Part shown: piece after piece, positions 13,696 through 25,505 of the stretch
How positions within the stretch are numbered: position 1 is the stretch's first letter
Layout: the number at the start of each line of letters is the position of its first letter
Assembly (NCBI GenBank): GCA_043228905.1
Contig: JBHGNT010000006.1
Span: 6,076,001-6,140,000 of the forward strand
DNA length: 64,000 nucleotides
Direction of reading: 5' to 3'
Origin: Azolla caroliniana
Taxonomy: Eukaryota; Plantae; Polypodiophyta
Program-made: the position numbers and the translations under genes
Notes under the pieces: model-generated
The model's input: only the letters and a program-made list of their open reading frames with translations
Database searches by the model: none
Told to the model about the DNA's origin: nothing

Positions 13696-16600
13696 TTATT
13701 TATAATCATATACACTTCTTCGAACGTGGAATAACAATAGAGTTACCGAAATCCTCTACTTCTTTGTCTCAGAAATGAGCTCAAAATGGAATTGTTCTGT
13801 AATATTTGTACTTATGTATATATACATATATAGGTCCTTAAGCTGGGTGTAGTTCCTGCCGAGACTGGAGAAAATCGCAGGTAGCAATCTTCTGCTTCCT
13901 TTTTACCTATCTTTATGTGTGTGTATGAATGTGTATACACACTGGAATGAAACATCTTCCTCAGTATCGTTCTGTCTTGTCAGCAGTGCTCGGAAGCCAG
14001 AGAGAAATAGAGAGGCATTGATTTCTTTATTTATGTGCATTGTTTTAGGAATGTTGTGCTATCATTCGATGGATCAAGAAACTATTCTTTGGATATTAGA
14101 CAGGTGAAATCCTTTACCTTACTCTTTACAATGAATATGGTTTAAAAAATTGTAATAGGAATCCATTGCTTAATATGTTTGTTTATTACATAGATATTGT
14201 CAATTACACAATGGGTCAGAGAGGAAGGGTGTAAGATATGTAGAGCCTCAAACAAGTTTACAACAAATGCAACCATGGGAGAATCTTGGTATATGTTTTA
14301 TCCTCTTAGGTATTGTATTTCTGGTCAACTGTAATGGAAGTCTTATTTGGCTTAATTGAGCTTAAAGAAGGAAGAGGTAAATATATTCTGGTACATAGCA
14401 GCTTTTATAAGAGGGAGCAATACGGGCTTCGGGAATAAATAAAATAATGTATGAGGGTAAATTTTACTTGTATATATTTGTCCAACTTTGAAGTGCCCCG
14501 ATGTTTTTGTCTATTTCCTCAGATGCCCGAAATGCCCGTAATATTTTGTTCTCTCCAAATGTTCTCGGTCAACCCCTATAAAAGCAATTTTATGTGAATA
14601 CTTTCATCAAATCATTCCTGTTTTCTCTATTATATGTACTATTTAAGCAATTACTCATTGCTGTTCGCTCTTTTATATGTACTATCTAAGAAATTGTATG
14701 GTTAATTAATCCCCTTAGTCTTTTTATGTTTTAACGTTGGGCATTTGAGGAAATATTTGTACATAAATTAGGAGAATTTGAGAAATAAAGAAAATCCCAG
14801 GGTATCTTGGGGTTTTCCTTAATATACATCTTATAACTGGAATCTTTTTATGATTTGTTCAAACACAACTCATTAGCTTTGATATATTTCAACAGTAAAT
14901 GCCAACTTCTGCCACCATGCTTGATAATTAGACTGAAACAACTCAATCTGATCATATACTCCAAGGAACAGCTGTTTAATGAGTATGCTTTTTCCTGTTT
15001 AAATATTTCATAGCCATAGTTCTTTTGTAATATGTTCTAAAGTATCTTCCATTGAAAACTTAGCACAATTTGACAAGAATTCTATTTCAGAGTAATGGAC
15101 TTGCTTACTACGCTGCTGCAAGCAGAGAATGCTTCATCGATGAATTGTGGTAATGCGCTGCTGTTGGATTCTTGATGAAGGAACTACCTTTAAGTGTTTT
15201 CGGTAATGCCACTTTGAGTTTAATTTTGAACAGATTTGACAGAAAGAAAAGTGGTTACTTGCATGGAGAGTTTGCCTGAAGCCAGTTGTCTGGCCAGTGC
15301 CAGCGAGGCACTGCTACAGGAGTTCTTGATCAAGATAGATTGCATGTGTGAGTGTGCTGTTAAAGCTGTGGATGTTTGTGCGGCAGATGTAACGTGGATG
15401 AGTAGCCTACTTCATGTCATGGTAGTATTTAAGCGAACTATTTTGCTGTTATAGCAGTTTAACCATTTTTTGTAGGACATCTTGTTTACTCTTTTGGCCT
15501 TTTCAGTCTTCTTTATGTCTTGAAACTGCAATATTATGCCCAGGCTATTTAGATCCATTTTTTCTGATGCGTGCCATATTATCAAAATGTATATGACTAT
15601 CTTTTTGCTTACACTTTATAAGCTTTGATTCATGACACAGGTGCTAGATCAATTTTGTAAGTATTTGTTGGCCTCATCGTGATTATAAATTGCATGCAAT
15701 CTATCATCCCTCATCATGTGTTGGGACGACATTTTTTATGCCCAAATTAATATACATTTTATCTTATGCATGCCATATTATCAAAATATACATGACCGTT
15801 GTTTTCGTTACATGTTCGAAGGTGCGAGCTTTGATTCATGACACAGGTGCTAGATCAATTTTGTAAGTATTTGTTGACCTCATCGTGATTATAGATTACA
15901 TGCAATCTATCATCCCTCATCATGTGTTGGGACGACATTTTTTATGCCCAAATTAATATACATTTTATCTTATGCATGCCATATTATCAAAATATACATG
16001 ACCATTGTTTTCATTACATGTTAGAAGGTGCGAGCTTTGATTCATGACACAGGTGATAGCTCAGCTTTGATTCATGACACAGGTGCTAGATCAATTTTGT
16101 AAGTATTTGTTGGCCTCATCATGATTATAGATAGCATGCAATCTATCATCCCTTATCATGTGTTGGGAAGACATTTTTTATGCCCAAATTAATATACATT
16201 TTATCATATGCATGCCATATTATCAAAATATACATGACCGTTGTTTTCGTTACATGTTAGGTGTGAGCTTTGATTCATGACACAGGTGATAGCTACATTT
16301 AGCCTTATTATGAGTATAGATTGCATGCAATCAATCATCCCTTATAAATAAGCCGAAGTATGATTGCCCATGGTAATGGATTCTTAGTAGGTTGACAGAA
16401 TCAGTGCAAGGCTATACAGAAAGACATGATACAACAGACCTGGCATAGTGATTCCTTTTTCTATTTTGAGGGTTAGCAGCAAACAACGAGGATCTCTCTT
16501 GCCAATTAAACAAAATTTGTGGAATCTCAATACACGTGTGCATAGCCCATCTGTAGGCTGGTTGAGGCTGGTTGCACACTAAATTAAAAAGGGGAAGAAT

Positions 16601-18309
16601 ATATTGTTGGAAGTCTTTAAAATTAGATGTAATCTAAAAGTTATTTGAGCCTTTTGGAATTGAGACTAAATTGTTGTAAACGATAGTTTTACCGTGGAAA
16701 CCAAATATTAGCTCAATGAGATTCTGACGAAACAACCTATGTAAAATTATTTGTATTTCTCATTTATGCATTTGTAATGGTACAGAAACTATTTAAGGGG
16801 TATCATTTATGCAGATGTCTTATTATTTACTTTTTCTCTCTCAGGCCCAGAATGCAACTGATGGTAAGAATATCTCACTTCAGTTGAAGGCCCTTCAACG
16901 CCAGCTAGAATCTCGTTTAGAATTGTTGGAGGTGAGAGATAATTCACCAAAGTGATGTTTCTTTGCTAGAACAGTATCAAAGAAAAACTACTGAAAGTTG
17001 GAAGTGTGACATCCTGAATAACATCGTGTCTGATATTAGAGTGGATTGTTTCTCAACGGATGAACAAATCAGAGAGAGAGAGAGAGAGAGTGGGTGTGTT
17101 ATTATGACTTACCTATGGTAGACTGAGTTGCGTTTGTTAGATTGGGTTTTTGCAAAATTTTCAAGACCACCCTTCAAGTTCTTTTTCAAGGGAATTCTCT
17201 ACAATACCCCCCAAGAATAAATTATAAAAATAAAAACAAATTGCACTGTGCCTTCTTCTTCGTCAGTGTATATTTATTGTTGGAGGGTGGCAAATAATAT
17301 GCCTTCTTCGTCTATGTATATTTATTTAGTACCAAAGTTACCACTGCAGAGTGTTCTCATAATTTTTGTAAATCATGAGCGATATTTTGAGAAAAACTGA
17401 GATAGGTAGTGATGTTTTTGGTATTTTTTCTGATAAAAAAGAGTAGGGAATGAGATCTCACAGAGATGTACGGGCTCTAAAACCATTATAATCTTGGTTA
17501 ACAGGAAGACGAACGTAAATATATTGCAACTGTGTGGGGTGCAAGTTCTATACAGAATCCTGAAACGCGTGCAGTTGCTGTCGAAGCTCTGCGAGTCACA
17601 ATAGAACAGGTGACTCTATTCTTCGCAGTTGTCTCATGTCTAGTGGTGGTGATTCTCTCTAATCTATGTTTGGTTTTTATGCATTAGAAAGAACAAATAC
17701 GGGCTTCTATTCTGAGGATTGAACTGGTCAATGCAAGCACTGAACAATAAAATGTTGTTCTTAAAAATGAGTTAATTTGATAGCTTGTTCACCGGAGAGG
17801 GCTGCAGTGTTATAAAATTCTAGCACAATATTTGTAAAGAGGGCTCTGCTCTGCTTTAAGAAAATTTGTACTTATCTTTATGATCCACATGCTTACTAGA
17901 CAACCCTCACTGTAGAGGTTGCCTTCGTTGCTAGTGATCTCTAATTTAGTAAATTATCCACTGTCATATTATGTCTTGATAAGCATTAGTGAGACATTTT
18001 TCTTAACGATGTGTATCTGGAAGCAATTTTCATATGATTATATGTTTTGCCGCCTGAACAGTTAATATATTGTGGAATGGTGTATTGATAAGTGATCTCA
18101 CTATCATTGCAAGCAATAATTGCTGTTATGGCCTCTCATAGGGTCTTCTTAGTGATGAACTCAATGAAGGGTTGAGATTGCCAAGATTTTCACGAGTGAG
18201 ATTAACTCAATATTACCCATCACCATTAATACAATAACCAAAAAGCAGAAACGTCCTTTTTGTAATATAATCCTAGACTATCTTGACCACATTCAATGCT
18301 GCTGAGTGA
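13380..18309 (+). CDS. Multi-exon gene of unknown function (~272 aa; helical N-terminus, coiled-coil-like C-terminus)
   Basis: Hand-built GT-AG model with consistent phases: 13380-13619, 13834-13880, 15091-15149, 15234-15388, 16845-16931, 17505-17609, 17688-17726, 18142-18195, 18277-18309 (819 nt). Reads MDRLDWLECQPW...LQLKALQRQLESRLELLE...TILTTFNAAE*. The start codon and last exons are less certain. Confidence 0.7.
13633..13690. repeat. (CT)n(AT)n compound microsatellite in intron 1
   Basis: Directly visible dinucleotide runs. Confidence 0.9.
14455..14819. mobile_element. Probable decayed MULE-like MITE remnant in intron 2
   Basis: Repeated atgccc/gggcat-like motifs. The right end ggtatcttggggttttcct resembles the MULE terminus ggtatcctggtacttttcct at 13190. 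No clear left TIR or TSD. Confidence 0.4.
15530..16340. repeat. Tandem repeat, ~200-236-bp unit, about 4 copies, in intron 4
   Basis: gccatattatcaaaat recurs at ~15573, 15773, 15978 and 16214. One unit carries an extra internal agctttgattcatgacacaggtg duplication. Confidence 0.9.
17070..17255 (-). other. Diverged, internally deleted copy of the histidine-kinase upstream region (26450-26925) inside intron 5 of the + gene
   Basis: Collinear shared blocks: ttatgacttacctatgg; tagact..tttgtt.gattgggttttt; gcaaaa.tt; acaatacccc..aagaa; aaacaaattgcact. Confidence 0.7.
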
Positions 18310-19303
18310 GAGTAGCGCAACGGATGGCATGTTGCACATCCTCTAGAAAGGGCTAATGATTCAGTTAATTTTGGCTTTGTAAAAGGTAGCTACCAATCAG
18401 ATAGTGGATTACCTGCAGAAGAGGTTTGCTTTTGTATCACGTTCTATCAATTTAAAGTTCATGAGTTGGGGTGATTTCCTTGGTATCCTTTTTACACTGG
18501 AAATATTTCTTCTACTTTTGAGGTCCTGTGCAATTAATTGATTGATTTTGGAGTGATTCATAAAACACTGTACTAATTTTCCTTCAACAAACATCCACAG
18601 ATAATCCTATTTTTTAGAGTGATTCATAAAACTATACTAATTTCCCTTGTACACATTCACATGGGAGACAGCAGTTCTGCAAACTGTGAAAGTAAATTGG
18701 GATTAATTTTTAGTGGTCTTGTTGTCTATTCTGAAGAATAACAATCAGCATAGCTTTCCCAGAGATGACCTCTACTATTTTAAATTTAGATTTTGAAGTG
18801 ACAGAAAATTTAGCTAAAAAGCCATCCTGGTACAAATTCCAGGACTGAAAACTAAAACTGCGGTAAAACGTGAACCAGAGAACAAGTACATTTTTTGTTA
18901 TCATCATGATGGAAGAGATAAACCATTACTGGAGCTTCGGAAGACGATGCAGACTTCACTGTTAGATTTCCAGTACTGGAAGTCTTCATTCTGCATGATT
19001 TTTTATTCAACAGTGCAGAGTGGATTCCTAAAACTGTCGATATATATGTATATGGGATAATTTGCACAGCTTGTGAATGGAATCCTTTTTCAAATTCTTT
19101 GGGATTTTCAGATCCATCTCTTGATGACAACATAAATTTCAGTTGCATAAATGACCACAAATTCCATTCCCGTTCTCCAGAGACCTAAAGAATAAGTGAA
19201 AAGTAGTGATACTACTTATTGGCTAAAGCAGGCAATTAACAAGAGCAAGCATATTGTCCCTTTGTTGTTGATGAACGTCAATGAATTGCCTCATAACATG
19301 GTT

Positions 19304-19573
19304 TCATTTTTCCATGACTCTTTGGATCACTTCAATAAGTTGCTTCAACTGGAACGGTTTGCATGCATATGCATCCATTCCAGCATCGAGGCATTTGTCC
19401 TTGTAACCTTGAATTGCATGTGCTGTGAGCCCTATAATTGGTTTCTTCGGGAATCCATGTTGTTTTTCATCTGCCCTTATCATCTTTGTTGCTTGCAAAC
19501 CATCCAGAACAGGCATCTGCTCACAGTTTATCAAATTATTTAAAATTCACTCCAAATCAAATTCATAACCGTC

Positions 19574-19610
<37 letters not shown>

Positions 19611-22600
19611 ATATCTTATGAAAGTGAAACTGAAGCCAAAACAATTGCAGAGTTCCTACTTGGTCAATTTGGAGAGTAGAGAACATTTGGATATGAATCA
19701 TATTTATTACCTGTACATCCATGAGAATGAGATCATATTTGTCTCGATTCATGCTAAGAACTTTGAGGCATTGTTGGCCATCACACACAACATCTACTTC
19801 GGTTCCGAATTTCTTGAGTTGTTGGCAAGCCACCTTCTGATTGACCAAGTTGTCCTCTGCAAGCAATATATTCAGACCCCTAAAAATGTTTTCGTTTGTA
19901 CCATTTGTAGCTACGTTCGTTGGCATATGTTCATCAGGATTATTTGTGGAGCTTTTCCATATGTAGCTTTCTTGTCTTTGTCTTTGCCCAAGATCATGCA
20001 GCACATCATTAGCACTTACGTTCAACATTAATTCGTTGCTTTTGGAAAACGCATTTGCCTGGACAGTGCTAGGAACTTCTGACAGTTTTCCCCAGTTGGT
20101 CTTTTTCGTATAGTGAATCATAGTCTCTGGGCTAGTATACTTCTGCAAGTACCCCTTCCCCATGCTAGCAATGTCTGGTTTCTCATGTCCTTGTTTGCAA
20201 CAATCTGGATGACCTTTGTTGAAACAAGCTATGAAATAGAATGTGCTCCCTTTTCCTACCTGGCTTTTCAACCAAATGCGTCCACCCATCATTCCAACTA
20301 ATCTGTCCCCAAAGACATCAAAACATGTAAGAAGAATAAAAAAGGAATATGCACATTATAACCAACCAACCTGATACTAATATTAATTTTCAATAGACGT
20401 GCACCATATCACCAATAGAAAGGGGTTCTAAGCTACCCTGAGTAGGGTGCTGAGATACAAAGTTTATTTAAAAACTTGAGAGATACTCCAATGAGCCTAA
20501 TGTAAATGAGAATGGTTTAAAAAACATTTTAAGAAACATTTGAGGGTTTTAAAGAGTTAGGATATTAGGATTGTAGGATTGAAGATAGTGAGAAGATTGG
20601 GATTAGGGATAGTTATAGAGTTAAGGATATAGTGGGAATTAGTTCCTAATCCCTAGCCCATAAAAGGAATTGAAAAAGATAACCTTATGGGAATGAGAAT
20701 GGAGAAAAAACTAATTAACACAACAAAGGATAAAGAGTTAGAGACTTATTAATTAAACAAACAAGTTAATTAACACAACATCAAAAAAGTTAGATAAAAA
20801 AATACCAAAATCTATAATAAAAAATCAAGAGATTGAAAAGTGATGAACAGCAAGACAAATTGCCAAAAATCCTAGTAACTTTATATGGGCAAATGCATTT
20901 CGCCTCACAGAGAGGCTCGTCAATGCCAGAATATAAGGTAGCAAACGTTTATAAGGTATTTCTTCCAGTTTACTGGGGGGAAATGGTTTTTTTGTAGGAT
21001 GAACATGTGGCTCAAACACTACAATCACAAGACTGTCAAGAAATTGAAAATAGGCATTTGCAAATCAGTAGGGAAAGATTTGCTAGCACAAAGCAATAAA
21101 GCAACAATTGTGGCCCAGATGAATTTTGAAAATACAGGATGCAGGGGAAAAGAGGGTAATGTCAAATACCTCTCTACAATACTCAGGCCAAGACCTGTGC
21201 CACCATACAACCTTGTTGTGGAACTATCTGCTTGTGAGAATGCTTTGAACACCTCATTTTGTTTTTCTTCACTGATACCAATGCCAGTGTCCATAACTGA
21301 AAACAATAAGGTCAATTTCTTACTTTCCTCAGTATCATAGTCATGGAAAGGGCCACTCTCTGGTTGCCTTCCTTTCAAACTTAATCTGATGGCAGAGGTT
21401 CCTCTTGCTGATTCAGAAATAGAAACCCCACCACTCCATCTTGGGTTATCAGTGCATTTTTCTGGCAGTTCTCCACAACTTACATTCTCATCTATCAAAA
21501 AATGTTCTTGACCAATAACGTCACTTTGCAAAGGGCTAATATCCTTTTGGAGGAGATTTTGAATGTTCTCAATAATCCTTGAGCTTCCCAATGCATTAGC
21601 TTCCTCTGAAATCTCACCTCGATATAGCTCTGCTGAGAGAGAGACAGATCCTTCTTGTGTGAATTTGATGGCATTGCCGACTGCAATAGAAAAACAGGTT
21701 TCCAAATGCTGAAATATGATAATGGTCATGAAGAAGCAAAATCAGAAATAGCTTCAAACTAGATATACATTCAAATAAAAAAATTTGACATCATACCAAG
21801 ATTCAGTATGCACTGCTGCAATCGTCCAGCATCACCAACCAAGTGAACAGGCACCTCTGGAGACACATCCCATGATAGATTTAACCGTTTCTGTTTTGCT
21901 CTTACCTGAGGTGCATCCACACAGTGAGGATGTAGAATAAGTTAATGACCACTAAGGAAAAGGGAAAACACAACCCTGCAGTGAATCCAATTTTTATCAT
22001 CCAAGTGTCATTGTCATCAACGCCCAAGATTCAATAGCTGACTTAGATATGCTTTTCATGTGCCCTTCATAGATAGATCAATATTTTATTAACATCCATG
22101 GGGAACCGAATACAATTTATGGCACAGGTCTATGCCCATGGCGAGACTTGGTTTGCAAACCTCCAAAAGAAATTCCCATGGGGTCATTTTCCTAAGGTGT
22201 AGTTTTAGTCTGCAATTATAACTTCCTCAAGGTGGGAATGCTGTGAGTAGTCTTGGAGTCTTGGAAACAAGCCAACTAGCTAAATAGAACAATTGGATGA
22301 AAAAACAAGATTATATCTATCTCAAGTTCAACAGCATGCGTGTTCTTACTTGTAACATCTTCATCGTTGAGCCTATCGTCTCAACAAGATTGAAAGGAAC
22401 ATGCTCAAGCTCCAATCTTCCAGCTTCAATCTTTGCTAAGTCAAGTATTGCGTTTACAATGTGCAAAAGGCAATCTGCTGACTGCGAGACTGTCTCGAGA
22501 TGTTCACGTTGTTCATCATTGAGTTCTGTGTCCAATGCTAGTGATGACATCCCAATAATTCCATGTATCGGAGTTCTGTAAAATGTCAAATAAACACTAA

Positions 22601-25205
22601 AACATTGCGAATTTCCTTTTACATGACTTAGTTTCAATGAGATGATTTCTCTCAAACTTTCTACCTTATCTCATGGCTCATATTTGCTAAAAATTCTGAT
22701 TTAGCTTTGTTTGCCTCTTCTGCTGCTGCCTGTGACACCTGTAGCTCATGATTAGCTTTCTCAAGTTCCATTGTCCGTTCACGAACCTGAAAAGCAATCA
22801 CAAAGCATTAAACGATTTATATTTCCAGATGTTTCTATAATAAGATAGTTGTCAAACATATCTAGGAATATGTTTCATACTTGCAACTCGAGGGTACAGT
22901 TCATACTATTCAACCTCCCCTCCATCAGCTTTCTATCATGTACAATTGCTGCCAGAGTTATTGCCACAGTTGCCAATACACAAACAAACATTTCCACCTG
23001 CAGAAAAACTGAAGAAAGTTGAGGGGGTTTCACGTTAAAAGAAGACTAATCAAATCTTGTCGTCTTAGTCTTGTTTCAATATTTTTATAGTAATGTTTCC
23101 TAATAGGGAAAACAGGTGATGATCATTGGATCATAAACTTTTTGATAGTGCTTTTGTTCGATTTTTCACACCACATTATAAAGCAAGTTGTCTACATCTT
23201 TTTGCAATATATATTACACTTTCATAACGGTTTCTAGAAAACAAATCCACGGAATTTATGCGTCAGTTTGTTTTTCGATTGTTGGAAGTCCAAATCTAAC
23301 AAAGAAAGAATGTTCATCTTTTATAGGATGGAAAAATTTTAATGTCAAAGAATGCTGTCTAAATGTTGGTTTCCATCAAAATTTTGAAACCAGTCTGCTC
23401 CAAACCATAGATAAAAGCATCAACTTGGTCTTTTAAACTACCAATAGTGACAAAGATTAATACATTTGCTGAACTTGCATCTATAATAGCAAGTTGAAGT
23501 ATAAATCTAGTCTTCTTTTTATCATGAAAAGGAGAGGAATGTTGCACCATTTTATCTCACCTGAAGCAATGAGTGCTCATTTGGATGTAGAGATGATGTA
23601 CCCGCACTTGCAATTATAGTAACAATTACAACAGCAAGAGGCAAGCCAACCCGATTAAATCGAAACGATGCCCATATCACAACAGGAAAGACCAGGTAAG
23701 AGTCTCTTTGCAGATTCCTGTTCTTGCTCAATTTGGTGGTAAATATGAGAAGTGACAGTGTGATGAGAGTAACAAATAAAAACACACACTCAATAACCCT
23801 GATGAGAGATGCTCGAATAGAAAATGGAGTGGGTTCAGAGGGCATTACGAAATGATGATCTCCATTCAGAATACAATCTTGCTGTAAGGAATTCTCCACT
23901 TTGAGTTGAGAAATTGCTCCTTTTCTATGCACATGATAGTTACAATAACCACATGGCACAATATTCTTTGTGGATGGTGCTATCACTATGTTAGAGCTCT
24001 TATAAACCAAGTTCCGACATCCGAGACAGTGATTTTGTGGCCAATCAATCCCGTTCTGAGCATTATCATTAGTCAAAGATTGAGTTTTGTCAGCTAAGGC
24101 ATTCTCAATATCAAGAGCATGGTGCAAGATCACCTTATTTTCTTCTGTACTCTGGCATTGATAAGAGCAAAATTTGCCATTGATTCCATGAAAGTATCCA
24201 GATGGATCTTGGCTGCTGGAAGGATTCACACTAGGGTGGAAGTAATTCCATAAGTGGAGAATACATGGCATATAGCAAAGAATGGCCGAGAGATCACCAA
24301 GAACCCATGTTGGCCAGACGAACAAGAAACGGTTCCAATTAGATAGCTGAAATGCAGAAAGGGCGATAGCGTTTCCTGTCCCAGCGATGAATGTTGAAAA
24401 TGGTGCAATAATGAATAGCCACAGTGCATCATGCAATGTATCAACTGTGAGTGTTCCTTCCCTTGATTCCTGAAACAAAAGAGCTTTTGTGACTCAGAAC
24501 CATAAAATATAAGGATCACAACAAATAGTGAAGACTGAACTCAAAAGCGTTGAACAAAACTGATATATGAATTATGGTTAAATCAACTTCCAACACATGA
24601 GATTTTCAGATTTTCAGATTTTCAGGTTTTCATTTAAGCAGTCTTTAAGTTCTTGATATGTCCCAAATACTCATAGATGAAGCATATAGAATGCCCTCTT
24701 CTGTGAATGTTTCTGGTGTTAAGAAATGCACTGGCCTCCTGGTCACTGTCTTGTAATCATTTTTTGTGGGTTTTCACCTCATACTGAGTTTTAGAACCTG
24801 AAGCCAAAATGTATTACAAAAAAAAAGGAGAGTTTAATGGCCAACCTTCCAGCAAATGCGACCATTTTTGAACTGCAGTGGATGTCTGAGAAGCCACCCA
24901 CAAGATAGTGACTCAATTAATGAGAATCCACTGAAGGCAAGAGATGCTGGCAAGTAATGCTGAGGCGGCTTCGCATGAAAATACCATACATTTATTCCAA
25001 TGGTTCCAAGGATGATTCCCACAAAGATCTTACATCCAAATATGAGAACAGCCGCTACCATGAGTCCGGACGGTGCCCATATGGCTGATTCGAGTGACCT
25101 CACGACTGCCAGTGTGTCTGAAAGCTTCCCAGTTCCAACACATATGCATGCAATGATGAGATTAATGGCAGCCCACCTAGGTGTGCCCCATTGTAGCTCT
25201 TTCAT
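19304..25205 (-). CDS. Hybrid sensor histidine kinase: MASE1-like multi-TM sensor + coiled coil + HisKA + HATPase_c + receiver (~1052 aa)
   Basis: Nine GT-AG exons with consistent phases: 25205-24846, 24469-23561, 22997-22881, 22786-22665, 22575-22350, 21905-21797, 21680-21170, 20302-19711, 19516-19304 (3159 nt). H-box [16 protein letters not shown]-box [12 protein letters not shown]1 DTGIG, F FSQAD, G2 GGTGLGL. Receiver LAEDN..LMDVQMP.LDG..TAHA..KP. Sensor motifs AIWAPSG, W.LGD and [10 protein letters not shown] are typical of MASE1. Confidence 0.92.
19577..19606. repeat. (GT)n microsatellite in the last kinase intron
   Basis: Directly visible. Confidence 0.9.
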
Positions 25206-25505
25206 GGTTCAGAAACTTGCGGTCATATTTGCCACCTCAGAATTCTAGATTATTGCCTATACTCTTTCATAATTTTGACAACTGTGATCATATTTGTCAT
25301 CTCATGAGACCTGAATACTCCAAAATACGGTGCCTGCTCTTCTTATGCTTTAGACAAGTGTGGCCATTTGCCCCATGTCAAGAGTTTAGACCCCCGCAGG
25401 TGTTTCATGGTTTAGAGTCTAGACAACTGTGGTCATAGTACAACTCATGAATTTAGACTATGGCAGCTCTTTCATATTTTAGAGCAATTGTGGTCATATT
25501 GCATC
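25196..25505 (-). repeat. Five diverged ~60-75-bp tandem units containing the kinase start-codon context; 13 upstream ATGs
   Basis: Units approximate aatATGaccaca.ttgtct.aa..ATGAAAGAG on the minus strand, and the last unit supplies the real ATG (25205). Short uORFs include MQYDHNCSKI*, MKELP* and MTASF*. Confidence 0.75.

Noticed and set aside
16390-16470. Extra candidate exon of the + gene
   Set aside because: Could not be joined in phase with the flanking exons without a stop
18852-19160. 102-aa minus-strand ORF after the kinase stop
   Set aside because: No motif or ATG start support; the kinase receiver domain is already complete
20520-20720. Telomere-like G-rich degenerate tract in a kinase intron
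   Set aside because: No true TTTAGGG array; probably a small decayed repeat with no TIR or TSD found
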